Source: a bacterium (GTDB lineage Bacteria; Patescibacteriota; Minisyncoccia; UBA6257; 02-FULL-45-10c). From it: a stretch of 64,000 nucleotides of DNA. A program made the translations under genes and the position numbers. How positions within the stretch are numbered: the first letter of the stretch is position 1; every line of letters starts with the position of its first letter. Location: assembly GCA_030646915.1 (NCBI GenBank), contig JAUSKT010000021.1, forward strand, positions 19,707 to 83,706, read 5' to 3'. The notes beneath the pieces were generated by a model. The model did not search any database. It saw only the letters and a program-made list of their open reading frames with translations, and was not told the origin of the DNA. Below, in pieces: positions 18,735-27,965 of this stretch.

Positions 18735-19870
18735 AAATTTTAACAATTGGTTCTGAAAGGAATCTTTTTAAAGATAATTCGGAAGCTCAAAAAAGAATTA
18801 AAGAATATGGGCAGCTTTATGACGAGTTAAGAATTATTGTTTTTAGTAATGCCGCAGATGAAAATAGCAATCTTCAATTGGGCGGGAACATTTTTATTTA
18901 TCCTACAAATCACAAAGTTAAATTATTTTATCTTTGGGATATTTATAAAATTGTAAATTCATGGAATTCATGGAAACCAGATATGATTACTTGCCAGGAT
19001 CCTTTTGAATCTGGTTTGGCTGGCTGGCTGTTGAAATTTTTTTTAAAAACCTCGCTTCAGCTGCAAGTTCACACTGATATTTTCAGCCCTTATTTTGGGC
19101 AAGAGTCGTTAAAAAATAAAATTCAATTGATGCTGGCTAAATTTTTATTACCGAAGGCAGATGGCATTCGCGTTGTTTCGGAAAGGATAAAACAGTCACT
19201 TAAGTCGAATGTCAAAGGTCAAATGTCAAATGTTATTGTATTGCCGATTTTTGTTGATATTAAGAAAATCCAATCTGCCAAAATAAAAGCTGATCTCCAT
19301 AAAAAATATCCGGATTATGATTTTATAATTCTAATGGCATCTAGGCTAAGTAAAGAAAAAAATATTGGAATGGCGATTGAGGCAATGAAAGAACTAAGTT
19401 TAAAGTCAAAAGTAAAAAGTAAAATGCTATTGTTGATTGTCGGTGATGGGCCAGAAAAAGAAAAGTTAATAGTTAAATGTCGAATGTTAAATGTTGTTGA
19501 TAATGTAAAGTTTGAGCCATGGACAGATGATTTGGTTTCTTACTATAAAACCTCTGATTTATTTTTGCTTATTTCCAATTATGAGGGATATGGCCGGACA
19601 GCAATAGAAGCAATGGCAGCTGGATTGCCGGTTGTTATGACTGATGTTGGTTTGGCTGGAGAAATATTAGTTGATGATTTAGATGGCAGAATAGTGCCGG
19701 TTGGAGATGCAAAAGCGCTTATAGAAGCAATTCTGCAATTACTAGAAAATCCTCTTAAAAGAGAAGAATTTAAGCAAAATAGCTTAAAATCGTTGAAAAA
19801 ATGGCCCACAAAAAAGGAATATTTGGAAAGATACAAAAATTCATTGAGTTTTAATAAGATGTTAAAATAA
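18731..19870 (+). CDS. glycosyltransferase family 4 (GT-B)
   Basis: EGYGRTAIEAMAAGLPVVMTDVGLAGEIL. Three heptamer blocks at 19204-19231, 19398-19425 and 19465-19499. Confidence 0.9.
   Translation: MKILTIGSERNLFKDNSEAQKRIKEYGQLYDELRIIVFSNAADENSNLQLGGNIFIYPTNHKVKLFYLWDIYKIVNSWNSWKPDMITCQDPFESGLAGWLLKFFLKTSLQLQVHTDIFSPYFGQESLKNKIQLMLAKFLLPKADGIRVVSERIKQSLKSNVKGQMSNVIVLPIFVDIKKIQSAKIKADLHKKYPDYDFIILMASRLSKEKNIGMAIEAMKELSLKSKVKSKMLLLIVGDGPEKEKLIVKCRMLNVVDNVKFEPWTDDLVSYYKTSDLFLLISNYEGYGRTAIEAMAAGLPVVMTDVGLAGEILVDDLDGRIVPVGDAKALIEAILQLLENPLKREEFKQNSLKSLKKWPTKKEYLERYKNSLSFNKMLK
19204..19231 (+). repeat. 4 x heptamer block GTCGAAT GTCAAAG GTCAAAT GTCAAAT (encodes KSNVKGQMSNV)
   Basis: Direct read of the sequence. 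Confidence 0.85.
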
Positions 19871-19876
19871 ATTCAT

Positions 19877-21529
19877 ATGAAAGAGACTTTGGGAAAGATT
19901 TTTCAGCCAAAACTAATTCTTCTTTATATATTAGTTTTTGCTTTTTTAGTTAGGGTTGTGGGCATTAGCTACGGCTTGCCGCTTTGGTTGATTGATGACG
20001 AACCACCGTTTACTTTGGCAGCGCTAAAAATGATCCAGTTAAAAACTTTATTGCCAGTTTTTCATTTAGAGGAATTTCGAACAGTTTTATACTATCCGCC
20101 ATACCTTTCTTATTTATATCTTCTACCATTCTCAATTTTATTGGGGATAAAATATCTTTTTTTTAGCGGCGGACGAGACCAATTTATTTATTATCTTACC
20201 AGTGATTTATCCCAGTTTTTTTTGATTGCCCGTTTTTTAAATGTAGTGCTAGGCGTTTTTTCCGTGGCAATGCTTTATAAAGTCGCTAAAAATATTTTTA
20301 AAAGTGAATTTGTTGGTTTATTGTCCGCCTTTTTTTTATCTACTAGTTTATTCCATATTCTTATGTCGGCTAATGGCAGGCATTGGTTGCCAGTATCCTT
20401 TTTTATTATATTAGTGCTTTGGCTTTTAAATTTAGATTGGGAATTTCGGAAAAGGTATTTCGCTGCGATTTTGGCTGTTGGTATTGGAATGGGCGTGAGC
20501 ATGATTAATATTTTATTGTTATTATTAATTGCCTGCTGGTACGTATTTTATGAACGAAGGCGCTTATCGGATTTAATTAAGGAAAAGTATTTTTATTTTG
20601 GAATACTACTTTTTATTTTATTGGCAATTTTGCCGGGAATTTTGTATCCGCAAAGCTTTGGATTCCGTGGAGATGTAACTTTTAAGGAGGGTAAATCAAT
20701 TTTGGGAATTGCCGCCAGCCCATTTTTATTTTTAAAACCGGCGGCATTATCTGAGCCAATTTTAATTATTTTTGCGGTTTTGGGACTGATGTTCTCTTTC
20801 TTTTATTTAAAAAACTTTTTTTGGCCGGTATTTATTTTCTTGTACGCATATAGCGGAATTTTTTATTTATTTTTCCGGTACGAGCATAGGTTTACCCTTC
20901 CACTTTTCCCATTATTGGCAATAATGTCAGCTTATGGATTTACGGAAGTTTATAAAAGAATCAGCGGACGGTTCCCATCATTTTTTTTAATGCTTATTTT
21001 GGCGCTGCCCCTGATTTTTTCTTTAAGATTAAGCTATTTAATGTATCAGAATGATTCGCGCAATCATTTAATAAATTGGATTAAGGATAATATTCCAACC
21101 AATTCCAAAATTTTAGTTTATGCGAGGCTGGCTCGCTTGCCGGCTACTCCAGAAGCCGTCAAAGAACAAAGAGCAATTGATTCGGGATCATTAAGAAAAG
21201 TAGATTTAGCAGAAGAAAGTTTACCTAAGCAATTGAGTTTTCACGCCTTAAATTTATACGATGTGAATAATCAGGAATTTTATAATAATATTGAACAATA
21301 TATCCATGATCACCAATATAATTATCTTTTTATAGGAGGAATTAATATCCAAGAGTCAGCTTATTTGGAGCAATTGCAAAAAATTGCGGATACTGGCATA
21401 TTATTAAAATCTTTTGGGAGATTTCAAGAAGACTATTCTCCTTCAATTGGCCAATTATTCGGCAACCCTTTTTATCTTTTTCAACTAAAAGAATTTGGTC
21501 CGCCCATAGCAATTTATAAATTACCATAA
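19877..21529 (+). CDS. polytopic membrane glycosyltransferase, GT-C fold (PMT/ArnT-like)
   Basis: LIDDEPPFTL acidic loop motif after TM1. About 12 predicted transmembrane helices. Confidence 0.65.
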   Translation: MKETLGKIFQPKLILLYILVFAFLVRVVGISYGLPLWLIDDEPPFTLAALKMIQLKTLLPVFHLEEFRTVLYYPPYLSYLYLLPFSILLGIKYLFFSGGRDQFIYYLTSDLSQFFLIARFLNVVLGVFSVAMLYKVAKNIFKSEFVGLLSAFFLSTSLFHILMSANGRHWLPVSFFIILVLWLLNLDWEFRKRYFAAILAVGIGMGVSMINILLLLLIACWYVFYERRRLSDLIKEKYFYFGILLFILLAILPGILYPQSFGFRGDVTFKEGKSILGIAASPFLFLKPAALSEPILIIFAVLGLMFSFFYLKNFFWPVFIFLYAYSGIFYLFFRYEHRFTLPLFPLLAIMSAYGFTEVYKRISGRFPSFFLMLILALPLIFSLRLSYLMYQNDSRNHLINWIKDNIPTNSKILVYARLARLPATPEAVKEQRAIDSGSLRKVDLAEESLPKQLSFHALNLYDVNNQEFYNNIEQYIHDHQYNYLFIGGINIQESAYLEQLQKIADTGILLKSFGRFQEDYSPSIGQLFGNPFYLFQLKEFGPPIAIYKLP

Positions 21530-22266
21530 TGAAAATCGTTATTATTATCCCAACTTATAATGAAAAAGAATCTATTGGCGAACTGATAGATGCGCTGGAA
21601 AGCGAATTTTTACTAATTTCCTCTCATGAAATGCATATCTTAATTGTGGATGGAAATTCTCCGGACGGCACGGCAGAAGCAATAAAGCAAAAACAGAAAA
21701 TTTATCACAATGTAGATCTAATAATAGAAAAAGAAAAGCGGGGATTAGGAATGGCATATATAGCGGGAATGAAATATGCAGTAAATCACTTGAATGCTGA
21801 TGCTTTTATAGAATTTGATGGAGATTTTCAACACGATCCAAAAGATATCAAACGCTTAATCGCAGAATTGGACAATGGGTATGACTATGTTATCGGTTCT
21901 AGATATGTTGCGGGGGGCGGTGTCCCCGGAGATTGGGCATTTCATAGGAAATTACTTAGTAAATTTGGTAGCTTATTTATTAAATTAGTTTTATCCCTAC
22001 CAACCAATGATAATACTTCGGGATTGAAATTATCCAGAGTAAAAGGATTTTTTGATAAGTTGCCATTAGATGAAAATAAAATTTTATCCAAGCGCCACGC
22101 TTATAAAATTCATCTTTTATATGAAATGATGCGTTTAGGAGTGAAAGTAAAAGAAATCCCAATTGTTTTTTTAGAGCGGGAAAGCGGCAATTCAAAAAGT
22201 TCATTTGAGGATATTATTGAGTCTCTAAAAGTAACCCTATCTTTATTTTTTAAAAAGAAATTTTAA
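21529..22266 (+). CDS. GT2 polyprenyl-phosphate glycosyltransferase (Dpm1/ArnC/GtrB-like)
   Basis: IIIPTYNEKESI; ILIVDGNSPDGT; DGDFQHDP (DXD-like motif). Confidence 0.88.
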   Translation: MKIVIIIPTYNEKESIGELIDALESEFLLISSHEMHILIVDGNSPDGTAEAIKQKQKIYHNVDLIIEKEKRGLGMAYIAGMKYAVNHLNADAFIEFDGDFQHDPKDIKRLIAELDNGYDYVIGSRYVAGGGVPGDWAFHRKLLSKFGSLFIKLVLSLPTNDNTSGLKLSRVKGFFDKLPLDENKILSKRHAYKIHLLYEMMRLGVKVKEIPIVFLERESGNSKSSFEDIIESLKVTLSLFFKKKF

Positions 22267-22267
22267 T

Positions 22268-22834
22268 ATGCTTGAATACCCTGATAAATTAGTTTTAAGA
22301 ATAAATGAGCTTTATTATACTTTAGGAGGAGAAGATTATGATTGTTCTCATGAAGAAATCTTAATATTGGAACCACCTCGCTGGAAAAGAGTTGCTGGAG
22401 CTTTAGTCGCTAATTCAGCACATCAGAAAAAGACTATACTAGACGTTGGTTCCGGTACGGGATTTGTAGCAACAGTTCTTGGCCCGTATTTAACTGATAA
22501 GGATCAGTTTATTTGCTTAGACATTTCTCAAAAGTTCTTAGATCAATGCAAATTAAATTTAGAAAATAAAAAATTTAAGTGTCAATTAGTCTATAAACAA
22601 TATAATGGAATGCTTTTACCCTTTGAAGATAAATCTATTGATATTTTGACTTTGAATTCTGTTTTGCATCATATTCCCAATACAGAATTATTTCTTGGCG
22701 AGGTGGACAGAGTTTTAAAAAGAGGAGGATATTTAGTAATTGGCCATGAAGCAAATCGGAGATTTTATAAAAATAAAGCCGTTTGGACCTTATATCGAAT
22801 TTTATATGTTTTTTTAATCCGTCATCCATTATAG
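22268..22834 (+). CDS. class I SAM-dependent methyltransferase (possibly the 5' part of a frameshifted gene)
   Basis: ILDVGSGTGFVATVL motif I. The ORF stops just after a T7 tract. Confidence 0.75.
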   Translation: MLEYPDKLVLRINELYYTLGGEDYDCSHEEILILEPPRWKRVAGALVANSAHQKKTILDVGSGTGFVATVLGPYLTDKDQFICLDISQKFLDQCKLNLENKKFKCQLVYKQYNGMLLPFEDKSIDILTLNSVLHHIPNTELFLGEVDRVLKRGGYLVIGHEANRRFYKNKAVWTLYRILYVFLIRHPL

Positions 22835-23205
22835 ATATATTAACAAGGCGAGGATTTTTAAAAATAAAAAATAACCCTTTTTCGGATTCTAAAAATAAAT
22901 ATGATGAGATATCCAATAGAATAAATGAAATATTATTGTCCGAGGGTTTAATTAAAGAAAAATTTTCTAAACTTAAAATTGATAGCATAGTGGAATATTA
23001 TGTGCATAGGGGATTTGATATAGATGATATAAACAAAAGTTTAAACTATAAATTATTATACATTGAAACATATAATCACCTATGGTGGGTAATGAATAAG
23101 CATTATAAAAATCCACTAATTATTTTTTTAAATAAGATTTTGGGCATTTTATATCCATTGGATGGCAAAAATATGTTTTTAGTATTAGAGAAACCAAAAA
23201 TTTAA
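22783..23205 (+). pseudogene. 140-aa ORF overlapping the methyltransferase 3' end in the +1 frame; a single T insertion in the T7 tract (22810-22816) fuses the two ORFs into one protein of about 315 aa
   Basis: Checked by hand: gtt ttt tta atc (VFLI...stop) becomes gtt ttt ttt aat ccg (VFFNPSSIID...) with one extra T. Confidence 0.45.
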
Positions 23206-23223
23206 TTAAGAGTTTTATTGATT

Positions 23224-24369
23224 ATGAGCAGTTCAAAAATTAAAATTGCTATTATGTCTGATGTGATTGACCGTCGTCCGGAGCGTGCGGTTTATGGGCG
23301 GCGGTTAGTGGAAAATTTACTGAAACATCCGGAGTTGGATATTTACCTTATTCATTATAAGAAAATGCCGGATGATCCGCTTTATGACCGTGTGCACGAA
23401 ATTTTAATACCTTTAATGCCACTACCATGGGCATCGCATTTTTTCTCTTTTATTTGGTTTTGTCTGACTACTAAGGAAAAATTTGATATAGTACATTGGC
23501 TGGTAAATCGCCCATATCCATTTTTTTGGTGGATACCGACAAAGAAGACTGTGGTTACCGTTCATGGAGGAACTGGGGAGCGGGCGCCCCACATTTTTAC
23601 GATTCCTAATTTATTTTTTAATTTTTTTCTACGCCATTTTAATCATCATATGGATGCAGCTATCGCAGTCTCTGAATATGGAAATAAAGAGGCGATTTAC
23701 GATTATCATATTTTACCGGAAAAAGTTTTTACAATTTATAACGGCATTGATCCGATTTACCGCCAGTTGTCGGAAAATGTTGTGCGTCAAACGCTTAAAA
23801 AATATAATGTTAATTTTGAAAAATATTTTCTTTATCTTGGGGGATTGCAAACGCATAAGAATGTTAAACGTTTAGTTGAGGCTTATATTTTATTACGCGA
23901 TTCCCGTTCAATTAAAGAAAAATTAATAATTATCGGAAGGACTTCTTATGGAGCCAAAGAAGTCCATGGAACAGCGCTTAATTCAAAATATTCCAGTGAT
24001 ATTTTATTCATTAATTATGTGTCATTGGAAGATTCGCCAGCTTTTTATTGCGGAGCAACCGCTTTGGTATTCCCTTCTTTAAATGAAGGTTTCGGTTTAC
24101 CAGTTGTGGAAGCGATGAGTTGCGGTATTCCAGTAATTACTTCTGATTCGACTTCCTTGCCAGAAGTTTCCGGAGGAGCGGCAATATTAATAAATCCGTA
24201 TAAAGTTGAAGAAATAATGAATGCAATGAGAAAAATAGTAGAAAATGAGAATTTAAGAAAAGAGATGGTGGTTAAGGGGATAATTAGAGCAAAAATTTTC
24301 ACCTGGGAAAAGCATGTGGAAGAAACCCTCATCTTATATAAGAAGATTTTAAATACGGATCAGTCATAA
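23224..24369 (+). CDS. glycosyltransferase family 4 (GT-B)
   Basis: EGFGLPVVEAMSCGIPVITSDSTSLPEVSGGAAILINP. The first ATG is at 23224; the track start at 23218 is a TTG. Confidence 0.9.
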   Translation: MSSSKIKIAIMSDVIDRRPERAVYGRRLVENLLKHPELDIYLIHYKKMPDDPLYDRVHEILIPLMPLPWASHFFSFIWFCLTTKEKFDIVHWLVNRPYPFFWWIPTKKTVVTVHGGTGERAPHIFTIPNLFFNFFLRHFNHHMDAAIAVSEYGNKEAIYDYHILPEKVFTIYNGIDPIYRQLSENVVRQTLKKYNVNFEKYFLYLGGLQTHKNVKRLVEAYILLRDSRSIKEKLIIIGRTSYGAKEVHGTALNSKYSSDILFINYVSLEDSPAFYCGATALVFPSLNEGFGLPVVEAMSCGIPVITSDSTSLPEVSGGAAILINPYKVEEIMNAMRKIVENENLRKEMVVKGIIRAKIFTWEKHVEETLILYKKILNTDQS

Positions 24370-24469
24370 AAATATCCACGCGATAGGTTATTTAATTTTT
24401 GACATTTTTTTAAAAAAATAGTAAGCTATACCCAGTTCATTTACTTACAAAATAATAAAGGAGCGACCA

Positions 24470-26299
24470 ATGCAGAAGCGCATAATTCTCGTGATGAAAA
24501 AATACATTATTGAGCCGCTTGGCGTAATGCATTTAGCAGGCATCGCAAAAGAGCTTGGATTAGACGTAAGGATCTTCTTGCATGAAGATTTCAATTTCCA
24601 GCCGCTTTTTGAAGAAATAGAATCTTTTAAGCCTGACTGGGTTGGTTTTTCCACCTGGACAGGGGCGCATCTCCAGACTTTCAGAGCAGCGGACATAATC
24701 CGCAAAATGGGCGTTAAGGTCGCAATCGGCGGTCCTCACGCAACTTATTTTTCTGAAGAGTGCGCGGGGCATGCTGATGCAGTTGCAAAAGGAGAAAGCT
24801 TCAGGATTTTACGGCAGATACTTACCGGAGTTTCATTGCCAGGAATTGTTGAAGCATCGCCGCGGATTTTTTTTGACACACAGCCTAGGGTGGAAGACTT
24901 TCCTCTGCCATCTGCGGGGCGCGATATTGTTTATCACCGCTATCCAGATCTAGGCGCAAGTCCGATCAAGAGCATTATGGGTTCAACTGGATGCCCCTTT
25001 CACTGCAGCTACTGTAATTCGCCTCACTTAAATGAGATGTATGGCGGATTTGAGAAAGTTTTCCGCGTGCGTCCGATAGATGACATCATACGAGAGGCGG
25101 TGCATGTGCGGGATGAATGGGGTGCAGAGATGTTTTATTTTCAGGATGATATTTTCGGGTATAGGATAGATTGGCTAACCGAATTTTCCCGTCGCTGGAA
25201 AAAAGAAGTTGGAATACCTTGGCACTGCCAAATCCGCTTGGAACTTATAAAGGGAGATGTCGGTTTGCGCAGGCTAGAACTTTTCCGTGAAGGGCTTTGT
25301 AGCGGCATTACACTTGCTATTGAGTCTGGCGATGATTTCTTGCGGGAGTTTGTCCTTTTGCGTCCGATGCCCCATGAATTGATTGTAGAGGGGTGTAAGA
25401 AGATCATGGATTTCGGATTGACTCTTAGGACAGAACAGATTTTACAGATTCCATTCTCAAATCTAAAAACAGACCTTTCAACTTTGAAACTGAACTGCGA
25501 GATTTGCCCACAAATGAGCTGGTCGTCAATTCTCGCTCCCTTTGGAGAAACTAATATGGGTAAAATTGCCCATAACTTCGGTTTCTATACTGGGAATAAT
25601 GATGACTTGGATGAAGTATTCTATTTTGACTACAGTCAGCTTCGGCATTCAGAAACAGCAAAATCCGTTATTGAACCTATAGCAAGAAAGATATCTGAAG
25701 AGAAAAAGACACAACGTTTTGAAAGCCCGCTTCTTAAGATGTTCGCCAAGCCAGGAGAGAATGAATCTCTTGTTTCTGATGTTTATTACCGAGATGAAAG
25801 CTTGATCGGCATAAAGCCGGAATCGCTTTGTAAAATTCAATTCATGAATGATGAAGAAAATACCCGTTATTGTGATCAGACTTCCCGCCTGCAGAGACTC
25901 TTCAACTGGCTTTCTAAAGTTCCGCAAGGCTGGAAACTTGGAGAAAAATGGACAAGTCTTCCTAAAGAAGATTGGACATTTGCCAAGCTTGGAGAACTTA
26001 CTGAGGCGCACTTAAAAGAGTGTGGCTATGGAGAGCGGGCAGAAAAATGGAAAATAGAATTTGCAGCTCGTTTAGGATGTTCGGCGGATAATCTTCCGCC
26101 GGGAATCCGCGACAATCCTCTTTACTTCTGTTTTTTCCCGTCCAGCGATGAATTCGCGAAACGAATACAGGAGAAAAAAATCTTTGATTTGGATTCCTGG
26201 AAGTTCTTTAATGCATTAGGCGGAGAAGCGCGTCGATGGCTATTTAGTAGATTCGTTTATAAGACTGATGCTGCCACGCCTCCAATTGCGAAAGCTTAA
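24470..26299 (+). CDS. cobalamin-binding (class B) radical SAM enzyme with a roughly 250-aa C-terminal extension of unknown function
   Basis: N-terminal B12-binding-like Rossmann segment (VMHLAGIAKELGLDVRIF...VGFST). CPFHCSYC = Cx3Cx2C. Strong AAAGGAG Shine-Dalgarno at 24455. GC visibly higher than the neighbouring genes. Confidence 0.8.
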   Translation: MQKRIILVMKKYIIEPLGVMHLAGIAKELGLDVRIFLHEDFNFQPLFEEIESFKPDWVGFSTWTGAHLQTFRAADIIRKMGVKVAIGGPHATYFSEECAGHADAVAKGESFRILRQILTGVSLPGIVEASPRIFFDTQPRVEDFPLPSAGRDIVYHRYPDLGASPIKSIMGSTGCPFHCSYCNSPHLNEMYGGFEKVFRVRPIDDIIREAVHVRDEWGAEMFYFQDDIFGYRIDWLTEFSRRWKKEVGIPWHCQIRLELIKGDVGLRRLELFREGLCSGITLAIESGDDFLREFVLLRPMPHELIVEGCKKIMDFGLTLRTEQILQIPFSNLKTDLSTLKLNCEICPQMSWSSILAPFGETNMGKIAHNFGFYTGNNDDLDEVFYFDYSQLRHSETAKSVIEPIARKISEEKKTQRFESPLLKMFAKPGENESLVSDVYYRDESLIGIKPESLCKIQFMNDEENTRYCDQTSRLQRLFNWLSKVPQGWKLGEKWTSLPKEDWTFAKLGELTEAHLKECGYGERAEKWKIEFAARLGCSADNLPPGIRDNPLYFCFFPSSDEFAKRIQEKKIFDLDSWKFFNALGGEARRWLFSRFVYKTDAATPPIAKA

Positions 26300-26305
26300 G
26301 TTAAT

Positions 26306-26334
26306 CGCCCCAACTAAGGTTGGGGCGTTTTTAT
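26306..26334 (+). terminator. rho-independent terminator
   Basis: cgccccaac-taag-gttggggcg followed by ttttt. Confidence 0.8.
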
Positions 26335-26379
26335 TGGATATTTTATAAAATATGGACCAGTATAAGAGATTAATTCCTC

Positions 26380-26856
26380 TTGAGTCGTAAGGATATGATA
26401 TTCTTTGAGAAGTATCTAAATGCATTAATTCCTTGTTTTAAATATATGGAAATGCCGCTTTCTGAAATATTAGACCGCCATTCAATTGTACGATTAAAAA
26501 TCGAGCGGCTTTCTCCTGTCCAAAAAAATGCTGAACCGTTATTACAGAGGGAATTTGCGGCTTATAGCGCTGCTATTGAAGATTTTCATAAAAAAAATAT
26601 TGAGGTTAAAAAAGAATGGCTGGAAGGCCTTTATAAGATTAATGGGCGTTGTTGGGATTTAGAAGCGGATATTCGCCAGGGAAAGGAGAAGAAATTGGGT
26701 TTGGAAGAAGTGGGTAGGAGGGCTTTATTGCTACGAGATATCAATAGCGAACGGGTAGCTTTAAAAAATAAAATTACTAAAGAAAGCGGCTTGGGTTTTC
26801 CAGAAATTAAAACTAATCATGCTTCCGCAAATCCAAATGAGGATTTTTCCAAATGA
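26380..26856 (+). CDS. hypothetical protein
   Basis: 158-aa ORF with no motif I can name. 4-nt overlap with the next gene suggests translational coupling. Confidence 0.4.
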   Translation: MSRKDMIFFEKYLNALIPCFKYMEMPLSEILDRHSIVRLKIERLSPVQKNAEPLLQREFAAYSAAIEDFHKKNIEVKKEWLEGLYKINGRCWDLEADIRQGKEKKLGLEEVGRRALLLRDINSERVALKNKITKESGLGFPEIKTNHASANPNEDFSK

Positions 26857-27965
26857 AATTAGTTTACCTTGCGAACTTCCGTATTCCGACTAAAAGAGCG
26901 CACGGAGTACAGATCATGAAAATGGCTGAGGCATTTGCCAAAAGAGGAATTGAAGTGGAACTGCTGATCCCTTGGCGTTTTGACGGTTTAAATGAAGATC
27001 CATTTGTTTATCATCAGGCCAAAAAAATTTTTAAAATTCGGACTTTGCCCAATTTAGATTTACTTCAATGGCCGGTTGGTAAGCTGGGATTTGTAATTAC
27101 TACCATCAGTTTTTTATTGTCGGCAAAATTTTATTTATTTTTTAAAAGATACGACGTTTTATACACTCGAGAGCCGTTATCTGGATTATTTTTTTCTAAT
27201 TTTATTTTAGAAATACATCACTTGCCTGAAAAAATCAGTTCTACCTATAAATATTTTTTTAAGAAAGCAAAGTTGATTGTAATGCTCAATAATTTTTTGA
27301 AAAAGGAAATAGCCGGCGCCGGAGTTCCCGGAAATAAAATTTTGGTATTTCCGGACTGTGTAGATTTGGAAGAATTTGACCAGAATATTTCCAAGGAAAC
27401 CGCCAGAAAAAAAATAGATTTGCCATTGGATAAAAAAATAGTAGTTTATACCGGAAGTTTTTCTATTTATGATTGGAAGGGGGTTGATGTTCTATTGGAA
27501 GCAGCTAAGTCTTTTGGGAATGATTATCTTTTTGTAGGTGTCGGCGCCCATAACGAAGAGGAGATGAAGCAATTAGAAGATCGGTATCCGCTTAAGAATA
27601 TTTTATTAAAATATTTCATACCTCATCAATCGGTGATTTGGTATTTAAAAGCAGCGGATATTTTGGTTTTACCTAATAAATCCGGGAATGCTATATCTGT
27701 ATGGCATACTTCACCGCTAAAATTATTTGAATATATGGCGGTTCAGCGACCCATTATAAGTTCGGATTTGCCATCGATCCGAGAGGTAGTAGGCGAGGAA
27801 GAAGTTTTTTTAGTAAAACCGAATAAGCCAGAGGATTTGTCTAAAGCGATATCTTTTCTTTCTGGAGAGAAAGATTTACAGCTAAAATTAGCTGCAAATG
27901 CTTATAATAAAGTAAAAAATTATACATGGGATAAAAGAGTAGCGGCAATTTATGAAAAATTTTAA
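26853..27965 (+). CDS. glycosyltransferase, GT-B fold (GT4-like)
   Basis: C-terminal KLFEYMAVQRPIISSDLPSIREVVG; two-domain architecture. Confidence 0.7.
   Translation: MKLVYLANFRIPTKRAHGVQIMKMAEAFAKRGIEVELLIPWRFDGLNEDPFVYHQAKKIFKIRTLPNLDLLQWPVGKLGFVITTISFLLSAKFYLFFKRYDVLYTREPLSGLFFSNFILEIHHLPEKISSTYKYFFKKAKLIVMLNNFLKKEIAGAGVPGNKILVFPDCVDLEEFDQNISKETARKKIDLPLDKKIVVYTGSFSIYDWKGVDVLLEAAKSFGNDYLFVGVGAHNEEEMKQLEDRYPLKNILLKYFIPHQSVIWYLKAADILVLPNKSGNAISVWHTSPLKLFEYMAVQRPIISSDLPSIREVVGEEEVFLVKPNKPEDLSKAISFLSGEKDLQLKLAANAYNKVKNYTWDKRVAAIYEKF

Noticed and set aside
24470-26299. Whether the higher-GC genes (radical SAM, parts of the 40-45 kb cassette) are definite horizontal transfers.
   Set aside because: clpB and other conserved enzymes in the window are also GC-elevated, so GC alone is not decisive. 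Kept only as a qualified observation.
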